From contig DAOTXR010000048.1 in the NCBI GenBank assembly GCA_034435375.1, positions 272,984-336,983 of the forward strand: DNA of 64,000 bases, read 5' to 3'. Every line of letters begins with the position of its first letter. The first letter of the stretch is position 1. This document shows, one piece after another, positions 1 through 8,686 of this stretch. Below the pieces are notes generated by a model that was not told where the DNA came from, searched no databases, and saw only the letters and a program-made list of their open reading frames with translations. Source of the DNA: Anaerolineae bacterium (GTDB lineage Bacteria; Chloroflexota; Anaerolineae; Aggregatilineales; UBA3940). The position numbers were made by a program, and so were the translations under genes.

Positions 1-3000
1 TATCGCATGACATGCCCATATCGCACACCTGGTACGTGAAGGTATCGGGGCCAGTGTAGCCAGGACTCGGCGTATAAGTGATGGCCCCCGTGGCCGGGTT
101 CACTGATGTACTGCCATTTGCTGGCCCACTTGTCACCGTGACGGTGTTTGGCTCAATGTCGCTGTCTGCATCGGTGTCGTTGGCAAGCACGTCGATGATC
201 ACAGGTGTGTCATGTAGTGTTGTTGCCGTGTCGTCATTAGCAACCGGCATGTGAAGCGGTTGCAGAGCATCGACCTCTGAGTCGCTACAGTTGGTGGTGG
301 GTACCGTCAGACGAACCCAACTGTAGGTCCCTGCCGGAGCCACAGCGTCCACATCGATGGCCACGCCGGTGATCAGTGGTGCATAGCCGTACAGCGGTGG
401 GTGCGTCGACGGGATCGACTGCGTATCCGGCTCGCCGGAGGAACCATAGCCCGCAGCCCCGATGTTGGTATTCGCATCAAGTATGCCATCACCCCAGTAG
501 AAGACTTGGTGCCATGGCCCAAAGGCGCTTGTCCCGACCTCGACGATGATGCTGTTCATCACAACTTCAATTCCGTTAAAGTACTCATAGTACACGAGGT
601 CATAGCCAGGGTGAGTCACAATGGTGTTGCCCCCTAGGCTGATGACATACTGCTCGCCGCAAAACATGTTGAGATAAGGGCCGTCCGGCGGGCCGATATC
701 AGGCTCGCCTACTAGAGTGACGATGATGCTCACCACAGCCGTGTCGCACAGGCCGCCTGTGTCGCACACCTGGTACGTGAAGCTGTCGTTGCCCGCATAA
801 CCAGCATTGGGATTGTACTGCACCACCCCCGTTGGCAAAATAGCAGAGATGGTGCCGTTGCTCGGCCCAGCCACGATGGTCACACTAGCCGAATTCAGAT
901 TGCCGTCTATGTCGGTGTCGTTGGCGACCACGTCAATGTCAGTGAGCGTATCCTGCACCACGACCGCTGTATCATCGTTGGCGACTGGTGCGTCGTTCAC
1001 CGGGGTGACGGTCACCGTGACGGTGGCGGTGTCGCACAGGCCGCCTGTGTCGCACACCTGATAGGTGAAGCTATCGGAGCCGTTGAAGTTCAGGTTGGGC
1101 TGGTAGGTGATCTCGCCGGTTGCCGGGTTGATGCTGGTGATAGCGCCATTGCTCGGCCCAGCCACAACAGTCACAGAGGCGGGGTTGATATTGCCCTCAA
1201 TATCGGTGTCGTTAGCCAGCACATTGACAGTGACTGCATTATCCTCGGCGGTTGTCGCTGTGTCGTCGTTGGCGACTGGCGCGTCGTTCACCGGGGTGAC
1301 GGTCACCGTGACGGTGGCGGTGTCGCACAGGCCGCCCGTGTCGCACACCTGATAGGTGAAGCTATCGGAGCCGTTGAAGTTCAGGTTGGGCTGGTAGGTG
1401 ACCTCGCCGGTTGCCGGGTTGATGCTGGTGATAGCGCCATTGCTCGGCCCAGCCACGATGCTGACGCTCGTCGGGTCCAGGTTGCCATCGACATCGGTGT
1501 CGTTGGCCACCACATCCACCGTCACCGCCGTGTCTTCGTTGGTTGTCGCTGCATCGTTGTTGGCGACTGGTGCGTCGTTCACTGGGGTGACGGTCACCGT
1601 GACGGTGGCGGTGTCGCACAGGCCGCCTGTGTCGCACACCTGATAGGTGAAGCTGTCGGAGCCGTTGAAGTTCAGGTTGGGCTGGTAGGTGATCTCGCCG
1701 GTTGCCGGGTTGATGCTGGTGATAGCGCCGTTGCTCGGCCCAGCCACGATGCTGACGCTCGTCGGGTCCAGGTTGCCATCGACATCGGTGTCGTTGGCCA
1801 CCACATCCACCGTCACCGCCGTGTCTTCGTTGGTGGTCGCTGTGTAGTCGTTGGCAACCGGTGCGTCGTTCACCACTCCCACTGTCACATCCACCACTGC
1901 GGTGTCGCACAGCGCGGTCGTATCACACACCTGATAGGTGAAGCTGTCGGAGCCGTTGAAGTTCAGGTTGGGCTGATAGGTGATCTCGCCAGTTGCCGGG
2001 TTGATGCTGGTGATAGCGCCGTTGCTCGGCCCAGCCACGACGCTGACGCTCGTCGGGTCCAGGTTGCCATCAACATCGGTGTCGTTGGCCACCACATCCA
2101 CCGTCACCGCCGTGTCTTCGGGGGTTGTTGTCGAGTCATCGTTGGCGACTGGCGCGTCGTCTATTGCCGTCACGGTCAGCGTCACTACCGCCACATCACA
2201 TGCCCCTACCAGATCGCATACCTGGTAGGTAAAACTGTCCCCACCATTGAAATCTGCATTGGGGAAGTACGTGATCACGTGAGTCACCGGGTTAAGTACC
2301 AGGCTCCCATCGGTTGGCCACGCAATCACTGACAATGTCGTCGGGTCCAGGTTACCGTCCACATCGGTGTCGTTGGCCAGCACCGCGATGGGTACCGAGG
2401 TGTCCTCGTTGGTGGTGGCCGCGTCGTCGTTGGCGACTGGCGCGTCGTTCACCGGGGTGACGGTCACCGTGACGGTGGCGGTGTCGCACAGGCCGCCTGT
2501 GTCGCATACCCGGTAAGTAAAGCTATCAGTTCCGTTAAAATCAGGATCGGGTTGATAGGTAATCTCCCCAGTTGCCGGGTTGATGCCTGCAATCGTACCC
2601 TGGGACGGGGTGATAGTCACTGTGACGGTGGTCGGATCGAGGTTGCCGTCCACATCGGTGTCGTTCGCCACGACGTCGATAACAATGGCTGTGTCTTCAG
2701 GGGTTGAGGCCGCGTCATTGGCGGCCACAGGCGGGCTGTTGCCCACGTTGACCGTCGTGCTGGCCGAAGCTGCGTTGTTCCCACTGTTGGGATCAGGGGT
2801 GCTGGCGGAGACGCTGGCGACACAGTTAATCACTCCAGCGGCGGTGGGCCTGACCACAATGGTGACCGTTACGCTGCTGCCGGAGTTGATGCTGCCTAGC
2901 GAACAGGTCACTGAGGTGCCTGCGCCAGCACAGCTCCCCTGAGTCGAAGTCACTGATACCAGCGCCACCCCCGGCGAGAGCGTGCTGGTCAGGGACACGC

Positions 3001-3634
3001 CCGTTGAGGTATCCGGGCCATTGTTCGTGATGGTGAGGGTGTAAGTGACGTTAATGCCGACCGTTACGGGGTCGGGGGCATCCACCAATCTTAGCGATAG
3101 CTCGGCAGAAGGTGGCGCAGGCGACAGGGTGGCGGTCGGAGTAGGAGAAATTGTAGCGGTTGGCGTGATGGAGGGCGTCACGGTGCGGGGCAGACGAGTG
3201 GGCATTCGGGTGGGAGTGGGCGTCTGAGACGGTGTGACAGTAGGTGACCTAACGATCGGAGTCCCACTTGGAGGTGAGACAGCGGTAGGTTCTGCGGTTT
3301 CAGTGGGCTGAGAGACACTGCCCGACACCGGCGTTGGCCACCAGGGCTGGGCCCCCTGGGCGGCCGCTGTCGCCAGCCCTTGCACATCTAACGCCAGTGA
3401 GGAATACCCCTCCCAACGACGGTAGTCGGCGGCCAGCCGTGACTGGCCGCTCTCGCTCACTCGATGCGGCAGCAGGCCAATGGTCGCCATCCAGGAGCAG
3501 ACACAGACAAAAAACGTGATCAGCGCCACGGCTAGTGGCAAGATCAGCAGCGAACGGTTGCGTTTCTTGCGCTGCCGGTTCGTATCCTGACTCTCAAGGC
3601 TGGTGTTTGTTCCCGTGACCTGCGCGTTATCCAC
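1..3634 (-). CDS. Giant cell-surface repeat protein, N-terminal ~1210 aa only (gene continues beyond position 1): short cytoplasmic tail, one TM anchor, Pro/Thr-rich linker, DUF11-type domain, then at least 8 cadherin-like 'tandem-95' repeats interrupted by one non-repeat insert
   Basis: Absent from the ORF track (no stop inside the window). Manual minus-strand translation is open from GTG 3634..3632 (7 nt after the receiver-gene stop at 3641..3643) to position 1. It reads VDNAQVTGTNTSLESQDTNRQRKKRNRSLLILPLAVALITFFVCVCSW (TM) ... PTPTRMPTRLPRTVTPSITPTATISPTPT ... LVDAPDPVTVGINVTYTLTITNNGPDTSTGVSLTSTL (DUF11-like) ... SPPVAANDAASTPEDTAIVIDVVANDTDVDGNLDP ... FTYQVCDTGGLCDTA. Same repeat type as ORF 10093..14922. 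Start codon choice is uncertain. Confidence 0.85.
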   Translation of the reverse strand, partial: MDNAQVTGTNTSLESQDTNRQRKKRNRSLLILPLAVALITFFVCVCSWMATIGLLPHRVSESGQSRLAADYRRWEGYSSLALDVQGLATAAAQGAQPWWPTPVSGSVSQPTETAEPTAVSPPSGTPIVRSPTVTPSQTPTPTRMPTRLPRTVTPSITPTATISPTPTATLSPAPPSAELSLRLVDAPDPVTVGINVTYTLTITNNGPDTSTGVSLTSTLSPGVALVSVTSTQGSCAGAGTSVTCSLGSINSGSSVTVTIVVRPTAAGVINCVASVSASTPDPNSGNNAASASTTVNVGNSPPVAANDAASTPEDTAIVIDVVANDTDVDGNLDPTTVTVTITPSQGTIAGINPATGEITYQPDPDFNGTDSFTYRVCDTGGLCDTATVTVTVTPVNDAPVANDDAATTNEDTSVPIAVLANDTDVDGNLDPTTLSVIAWPTDGSLVLNPVTHVITYFPNADFNGGDSFTYQVCDLVGACDVAVVTLTVTAIDDAPVANDDSTTTPEDTAVTVDVVANDTDVDGNLDPTSVSVVAGPSNGAITSINPATGEITYQPNLNFNGSDSFTYQVCDTTALCDTAVVDVTVGVVNDAPVANDYTATTNEDTAVTVDVVANDTDVDGNLDPTSVSIVAGPSNGAITSINPATGEITYQPNLNFNGSDSFTYQVCDTGGLCDTATVTVTVTPVNDAPVANNDAATTNEDTAVTVDVVANDTDVDGNLDPTSVSIVAGPSNGAITSINPATGEVTYQPNLNFNGSDSFTYQVCDTGGLCDTATVTVTVTPVNDAPVANDDTATTAEDNAVTVNVLANDTDIEGNINPASVTVVAGPSNGAITSINPATGEITYQPNLNFNGSDSFTYQVCDTGGLCDTATVTVTVTPVNDAPVANDDTAVVVQDTLTDIDVVANDTDIDGNLNSASVTIVAGPSNGTISAILPTGVVQYNPNAGYAGNDSFTYQVCDTGGLCDTAVVSIIVTLVGEPDIGPPDGPYLNMFCGEQYVISLGGNTIVTHPGYDLVYYEYFNGIEVVMNSIIVEVGTSAFGPWHQVFYWGDGILDANTNIGAAGYGSSGEPDTQSIPSTHPPLYGYAPLITGVAIDVDAVAPAGTYSWVRLTVPTTNCSDSEVDALQPLHMPVANDDTATTLHDTPVIIDVLANDTDADSDIEPNTVTVTSGPANGSTSVNPATGAITYTPSPGYTGPDTFTYQVCDMGMSCD
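713..2746. repeat. Seven tandem 291-bp (97-codon) coding repeats; units between about 1004 and 2170 are near-identical at DNA level
   Basis: GGTGACGGTCACCGTGACGGTGGCGGTGTCGCACAGGCCGCC recurs at 1004, 1295, 1586 and 2456 (spacings 291, 291, 870). Manual alignment of units 1295-1585 and 1586-1876 gives roughly a dozen mismatches in 291 nt, only 4 of them in the first ~230 nt. Confidence 0.9.
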
Positions 3635-3640
3635 TTGGCT

Positions 3641-4066
3641 TCAGGCTACCTTGTTGTTCTTCCTGTTGGCCACAGTATTATCCAGAAGGACCTTAAGCTC
3701 GTCGGGGGAGGGCAAGGGTTTGCGAATGAAGAGATCGGGCTTCGCCATGTCTTCAATCAGAGCCTGTTCTTCGGCGTCAAAGCGATAAGCCGTCATGATG
3801 ACTATAACTATCTTGGAGGTGGGTGCCATACTGCGCAGGCGCTGCGCGATCTCATGGCCCTGCGGCCCCGGCATTCGAATGTCAAGCAGAGCGAGTTCGG
3901 GCACCTCGCTGGTTGCGCCGGATTCAATCCTGTCAAGCCAATCCCACGCCTTGTAGCCGTTTTCGAATGACACCGGTGTCAGGTCATCCCACATCATGGT
4001 CATGACCACAGACAGCATCATCCGGATAGATTCATCATCTTCGACCAATAGCCATGTCCGTCCCAT
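3641..4066 (-). CDS. Stand-alone CheY-like response-regulator receiver protein (no output domain)
   Basis: WLLVEDDESIRMML, phospho-acceptor context LALLDIRMPGPQG, IVIVIMTAY, conserved Lys in FIRKPL. The track starts at TTG 4069. ATG 4066 follows a GAAAGG Shine-Dalgarno. Confidence 0.85.
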   Translation of the reverse strand: MGRTWLLVEDDESIRMMLSVVMTMMWDDLTPVSFENGYKAWDWLDRIESGATSEVPELALLDIRMPGPQGHEIAQRLRSMAPTSKIVIVIMTAYRFDAEEQALIEDMAKPDLFIRKPLPSPDELKVLLDNTVANRKNNKVA

Positions 4067-4180
4067 CAAGTTGTACCAACCTTTCCCGAACCGCGATTGC
4101 TACAACTCTCCTGACGGTTCTCATCCACGTAGCCTCTAGCATAAGTGTAGCACAACTTCGTTTGCGCCGACAATGAGGCA

Positions 4181-4217
4181 AAAGTCCCACAAAATCAGGA
4201 GCGGAACTGTCCTGATT
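4181..4217 (-). terminator. Possible weak intrinsic terminator between kinase and receiver genes
   Basis: 8-bp stem AATCAGGA/TCCTGATT (4193-4200 / 4210-4217) with a 9-nt loop. On the minus strand it is followed by TTGTGGGACTTTT. The U-tract is poor. Confidence 0.3.
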
Positions 4218-4267
4218 GACCTACGAGACTCCAGCTTGTGGTGACAATATGACTCTGGGCTGCTGTA

Positions 4268-6487
4268 CTAGCCGAGGTTGGCGTCGTATGGCAACGTCAC
4301 TGTCAGTTCAGTGCCTTCGCCCTGCTTGCTCCAGATGTCAACCTGGCCACCGTGGGCTTGGATCACCTTAGCTACGACGAAAAGCCCCAACCCTGCCCCA
4401 CGCACATCGATCAATGCGCCATCCGGCGTGACAGGATATCCACGATAGAACTGCTCAAATACGCGGGGCAGGTCACGAGGAGAGATGCCCACGCCAGAAT
4501 CGCGCACACGCACCACCCAAGTGGTATTCTCGCTATCTACACTGATCGTGACCTTGCCGCCCGGCAGTGTATAGGTGCAGGCATTGTTGACCAGATGTTT
4601 GAAAGCCCACTGCAGACGATCTCTGTCGCCTTCGTAGGGATTGAGCTGCCCAAAGCTAACCTGCACATCCAGGTTCTTGGATCGGATCATATCCTGATGT
4701 TCATCGACGACTGCCTGGATCATCTCCCGAATGTCAACCGGGCCGGGGGTGATTTCAAGGCCGCCACGGATCATCTGGGCCACGTCGAGCATTTGGGTGA
4801 TCAGACGGTTGAGCACCCCAGTCTGAGAAGCCGCTAGATCGATGAAGTGACGTGGACGGGCGCTCTCCTCACTCATCGTTGCCTTGGCTAAATCCACATA
4901 GCCCTTGATCGCTGTGAGCGGTGTATACAGTTCGTGAGACATCTGCATGATGAAGGCTGTCCGCATGCGCTCGTTGAGCACTTGATCGGTGACGTCGCGG
5001 AGAGTAACTACTACACCGATCTCTTCACCAGTAACTGTGTGAACAGGTGCTGCCAGCGCCTCGATCCAGCGGTTGTCCATCTCCACCCGCTGGCGAGCCT
5101 GATCGCCGCGCAAGAAGCGCGTCACGAGCCTAGACAGCTCAGTCAGCCACAGGTTCTGATCGGACATAATGATCTCATGCGCGACAGGATTCGAGCGAGC
5201 AATAGTGCCGTCGGGCAAGATCACCACCACCCCGTCGCCAGTGGACATAAGCACAGCGCTCAGGAAAGCCGTTTCCTTTTCCTGCTCCTCGTAAGCCTGT
5301 CTCAGCGCCTGGGTCTGCGCATCGAGCTTATGAGTCATGGCGTCGAATGTCAGACCGAGCACGCCGATCTCATCTGACGTCCGGACGCCACTGCGCTGGC
5401 TTAGGTCGCCTGCCCTGACAGCTTCGGCAACCTCGGCTAACTTCTGGATCGGTGCGGACAGGTTTCTGGCGACTACGTAGCCGATGACCACCACCATAGC
5501 CGCCACAAGCGCAAAAATGACCCCCAGCGTATTGCGGTTGGTGGTGATCAGTGTGCTGATGATTGTCGTCGGATAGGCGATGCCAAGTATACCCAATGTG
5601 TCACGTCTGATTTTAAGGGGGATGTAGGCCACCTGGAACTGCCGCTCATTAACGGTGATTTCCCTCAGAACTGTGCTTGTCTCCGCGCTTGCGAGGGCTT
5701 CATTGTATGTTTCAGGCTGAATTTTCAGGCTTTCCAGGCTTGCCTCGCCTACCAGCACAAAAGTCGTCTCTAGAACCTGGCCATCCACTTGGTATAGAGT
5801 CAGGTCAGCCAGCACGTTGGATTTGGTCTGCAGAAGAACCTGCTTCATCGGCGAACCGATAGCCACCACACCGACCAACTCACCACCCGAATCGCGGACG
5901 GGAGCAGCGGTCATCATGATGATGTCCCCATCCACGGTGATGATCCCGGCATACTTGTCGCCAAATTCGTCGGTTCTCCCCTCAAGTACAGGCGCTATCA
6001 TCGGCAATACACTTAAGTCCTGATCGACAAACGACCCTACCACGTAGTCAGTAGCCGTCTGCCGGACATCAGCCAGGGCAGTGCCATGCTTGTCCAGCGC
6101 TAGCAACATGTAGGCATCCTGGTTGGCAGCCAGCCCAAGCAGAGTATCGGTGAGAAAAGCGCTGTCGCCATCCCTGAAAGCCTCCGGCACGCCCAACGTG
6201 AACACCACCAGTCGTAGCATCTCCAGGTGTGTTTGCTCCCAATTGACGATGCTGTCACTTGCCGAGCGGCTGGTCTCGATGAGCTGGTTGGTGAGGCGGT
6301 CCTGAGCACTCGAGGCCACTAGGCGAGTGACGATGAATGTGCCACCAGAGGCCACCAAAGCAGTAACGATCAGGAACGGCAGGACGATCTTATTGCGGAT
6401 ACTGCCGAAGATAAACCGTCTGAGTCCTGTGGGAGACCAGTCTGTAGTGTCCTGTTGGGCTGTATTCGCCATCTTTAATATATTCAA
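4268..6487 (-). CDS. Membrane sensor histidine kinase (TM - ~270-aa extracytoplasmic sensor - TM - HAMP - PAS-like - HisKA - HATPase_c)
   Basis: H-box MSHELYTPLTAIKGYVDLA. HAMP-like PIQKLAEVAEAVRAGDLSQR..DEIGVLGLTFDAMTHKL. N box LVNNACTYT. G boxes RDSGVGISPRDLPRVFEQFYRG and GAGLGLFVVAKVIQAHGG. TM helices IVLPFLIVTALVASGGTFIVT and LGVIFALVAAMVVVIGYVVA. Confidence 0.92.
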   Translation of the reverse strand: MNILKMANTAQQDTTDWSPTGLRRFIFGSIRNKIVLPFLIVTALVASGGTFIVTRLVASSAQDRLTNQLIETSRSASDSIVNWEQTHLEMLRLVVFTLGVPEAFRDGDSAFLTDTLLGLAANQDAYMLLALDKHGTALADVRQTATDYVVGSFVDQDLSVLPMIAPVLEGRTDEFGDKYAGIITVDGDIIMMTAAPVRDSGGELVGVVAIGSPMKQVLLQTKSNVLADLTLYQVDGQVLETTFVLVGEASLESLKIQPETYNEALASAETSTVLREITVNERQFQVAYIPLKIRRDTLGILGIAYPTTIISTLITTNRNTLGVIFALVAAMVVVIGYVVARNLSAPIQKLAEVAEAVRAGDLSQRSGVRTSDEIGVLGLTFDAMTHKLDAQTQALRQAYEEQEKETAFLSAVLMSTGDGVVVILPDGTIARSNPVAHEIIMSDQNLWLTELSRLVTRFLRGDQARQRVEMDNRWIEALAAPVHTVTGEEIGVVVTLRDVTDQVLNERMRTAFIMQMSHELYTPLTAIKGYVDLAKATMSEESARPRHFIDLAASQTGVLNRLITQMLDVAQMIRGGLEITPGPVDIREMIQAVVDEHQDMIRSKNLDVQVSFGQLNPYEGDRDRLQWAFKHLVNNACTYTLPGGKVTISVDSENTTWVVRVRDSGVGISPRDLPRVFEQFYRGYPVTPDGALIDVRGAGLGLFVVAKVIQAHGGQVDIWSKQGEGTELTVTLPYDANLG

Positions 6488-6565
6488 CCTGTCTCAGAAA
6501 CCATTCCAGCGCTGCTACAGGTATAGCTGCAAATGCCAAATAGTGCCACCATAAGAGTTACCCAG

Positions 6566-8416
6566 TCAGGGCTGTTGAGCCAGATTCACGGTCCATCTGT
6601 CAAAACGCAGTGGCCCAGCGTGAGACGGGTAAACTGCTAGCCAGGGCTGAATCGCCAGGAGACGAGCATGGAAGTAAAGCGGGATTACTGGCATTTCCCC
6701 ATTCGACCCGAAGAGAGCTTCCTCAGCATCCGCATAAAGTTGGCTGCGTACTTCCACATCGCGCTCAGTTGCTGCGTTGAATATTTGCTGGTCAACTGGA
6801 GTGCAAGCCCGCTCTTGGCCCAGGTAGGCATGGGGGAACAAGTCGCGGCAGGCAAAGATGTCGGCCAGCCAGTGTTGGGCATCAGGATAGTCAGCCTGCC
6901 AGCCGAGCAGAATCAGTCCAGGCTGTTCAGCGACATCGGCAAAGGGCTGACGAAGCGCCGCATAGAGATCGGGCAACGACTGCTCCTCAACGATGAAGAC
7001 GCCGCTGCAGCCAAGGGTATCCTCCCACTGCCTCACGATCAGGCCGACCAGCGGTATAGATACAGGGAAGGCATTGTCCGTCCACACTGTGATGGGCGGC
7101 AGGCCATTACAGGCTGGATAGCCAGCCTGCGCCAATGTTGCTCGTGCCGCTTCAGGATTGTGACCAGCACTGACCTCCTCGTACTGAGGTGCAGCGGCCA
7201 TTCCCGGCGGGATGGCGGTGAGTGCCGGTATTCCCGCCTGGCCACTGGCTGCCAGCACATCTCGGATCAGCGAGTCCCTATCAAGAGCGAGCGACAGCGC
7301 CCGCCGTATGTCTGGTTGGTCGAGTGGGGGTATGTTGTGCGAAACGACGAGCATTGCCACCGCTGGCTGGGCCAACAATCGATAGGCCGGGTCGCCACTG
7401 GACAGGGCAGAAGCGATCTCAGCCGCAGGAATGGCTGTAAGATCGAGAGACCCTGCCTTCCAGGCAGAGAGGGCACCCTCGCCAGCAGTGTCAAATGTAA
7501 TCTGCACCACGCCAACATTGCCGCTGCGCTCTAGAGGCCAGTGCTCGTTGGCGATCAGGGTGTAGCCTTCATCAGCAGGGATCGATGGCTGGACAGCGTA
7601 TGGCCCACTTGTCCAGATGACGTTCGGACGAGTCCACTCACTACCTGCCGCCTCGATCAACTCTGGCGGCACGGGGCGTAGCATGGGAATGGTAAGAACG
7701 GAAGGGAAATATGCCGCTTCGGCGACCAGGGTGAACTCGACCGTCAGATCGTCGAGCGCACGCACCCCTATCGTCTGCTCCACTGTCTCAGACGTCAGGG
7801 CAGCCGGATCCTGCTGGTGCACTTCCTGGCAACCGCGTATTGCGAAAATACCTGGCTGCCAGCCCAACAATGCACCTGAGTCGGCGCGACAGGCCCGCTG
7901 CACTGCAAACACCACATCCTCAGCGGTCACCGGGCGGACTCGCGTCTGCCCAGTGTCGGGGTCGAAGCGGATCCAGAATACGTCGTCACGCAACGAGATG
8001 CGCCATGTCAGACCATCGTCTGAGGGTTTCCATTCTGTTGCCAACGCTGGTTCGACAAGCCCGGTATCTGGATCAAGTTGGGCCAGACCGATAAAGAGGT
8101 TCTCCACCAGATCATTAGCACTGGCATCCAGCGGGGTCACTAGCACTGGGTCGAGGTTGGCGGGTGGTTGGCCCAGGTCGATCCTGGCAATGCCCCACTC
8201 GTCTGACCCAGGGGTCGGCGGAGAAAGCTCCCCAGCCTGAGCTGGCGTCGAGATGGCTGTGGCCCCTGTTCTTATCTCGGGGAGAGTGGCCACCGGGACT
8301 TCAGCAGTTCCAGGCGACGTTGTCCCTATCCCGCAGGCAGATAGACACACAACACTATACACCAACGTGATAGCGAAGATGATGGCGCTGCGTAACGTAA
8401 GATGTCGGTTGCCCAC
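6566..8416 (-). CDS. ABC-type substrate-binding lipoprotein, family 5 (peptide/nickel type); no permease or ATPase genes adjacent
   Basis: Lipoprotein-type signal AITLVYSVVCLSACG. SBP_bac_5-like core LATEWKPSDDGLTWRISLRDDVFW, TSGPYAV, LGWQADYPDAQHWL. GTG start. Confidence 0.8.
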   Translation of the reverse strand: MGNRHLTLRSAIIFAITLVYSVVCLSACGIGTTSPGTAEVPVATLPEIRTGATAISTPAQAGELSPPTPGSDEWGIARIDLGQPPANLDPVLVTPLDASANDLVENLFIGLAQLDPDTGLVEPALATEWKPSDDGLTWRISLRDDVFWIRFDPDTGQTRVRPVTAEDVVFAVQRACRADSGALLGWQPGIFAIRGCQEVHQQDPAALTSETVEQTIGVRALDDLTVEFTLVAEAAYFPSVLTIPMLRPVPPELIEAAGSEWTRPNVIWTSGPYAVQPSIPADEGYTLIANEHWPLERSGNVGVVQITFDTAGEGALSAWKAGSLDLTAIPAAEIASALSSGDPAYRLLAQPAVAMLVVSHNIPPLDQPDIRRALSLALDRDSLIRDVLAASGQAGIPALTAIPPGMAAAPQYEEVSAGHNPEAARATLAQAGYPACNGLPPITVWTDNAFPVSIPLVGLIVRQWEDTLGCSGVFIVEEQSLPDLYAALRQPFADVAEQPGLILLGWQADYPDAQHWLADIFACRDLFPHAYLGQERACTPVDQQIFNAATERDVEVRSQLYADAEEALFGSNGEMPVIPLYFHARLLAIQPWLAVYPSHAGPLRFDRWTVNLAQQP

Positions 8417-8686
8417 GCGATTCTACACCCCCGCAGGCAGTTCTAGGCCATTCTCTACCACATCCATGGGCAAACTGCCTATGCTACCGTTTTAGCATAT
8501 ACGGCAGCGTGGGACAACAGCAGAAGTATCACCTATGACCGGATGTAAGACGCGGTCAATTGGGCCAATCGCGCAGAATGCTTCGCCCCAAGCCGATCAA
8601 GCATTTTATCGGAGGTTTCTCAAGACACTCCTCCGCCGAAATCTCGGGGTCGACCCCAAATAATATCTCAGGCAAATGCCCAATGC

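Noticed and set aside
1362-1910. 182-aa minus-strand Arg/Gly/His-rich ORF with internal duplication
   Set aside because: It is an off-frame reading of the same 291-bp repeats. The correct minus frame, which is open across the whole region, is a different one.
807-2228. Regular series of ~81-aa plus-strand ORFs (MISPVAGLMLVIAPLLGPAT...), repeated again at 11033..14677
   Set aside because: They are the antisense frame of the tandem-95 repeats and recur only because the sense repeats recur. The sense (minus) frame is continuous and carries the cadherin-like signatures.
713-2746. Regularly spaced repeats, possibly a CRISPR array
   Set aside because: The units are contiguous 291-bp coding repeats with no unique spacers and no cas genes. 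They lie inside one open reading frame.
6668-7534. Long antisense ORFs inside confirmed genes (also 17283..18143, 49242..50015, 62131..62781, 51682..52197, 18386..19054, 42110..42721)
   Set aside because: Each lies opposite a gene with strong family motifs (SBP, PIG-L, radical SAM, glnA, yitJ-like, rarA, gyrA). They have no motifs or Shine-Dalgarno sites of their own. This is the expected GC-rich shadow-frame artefact.
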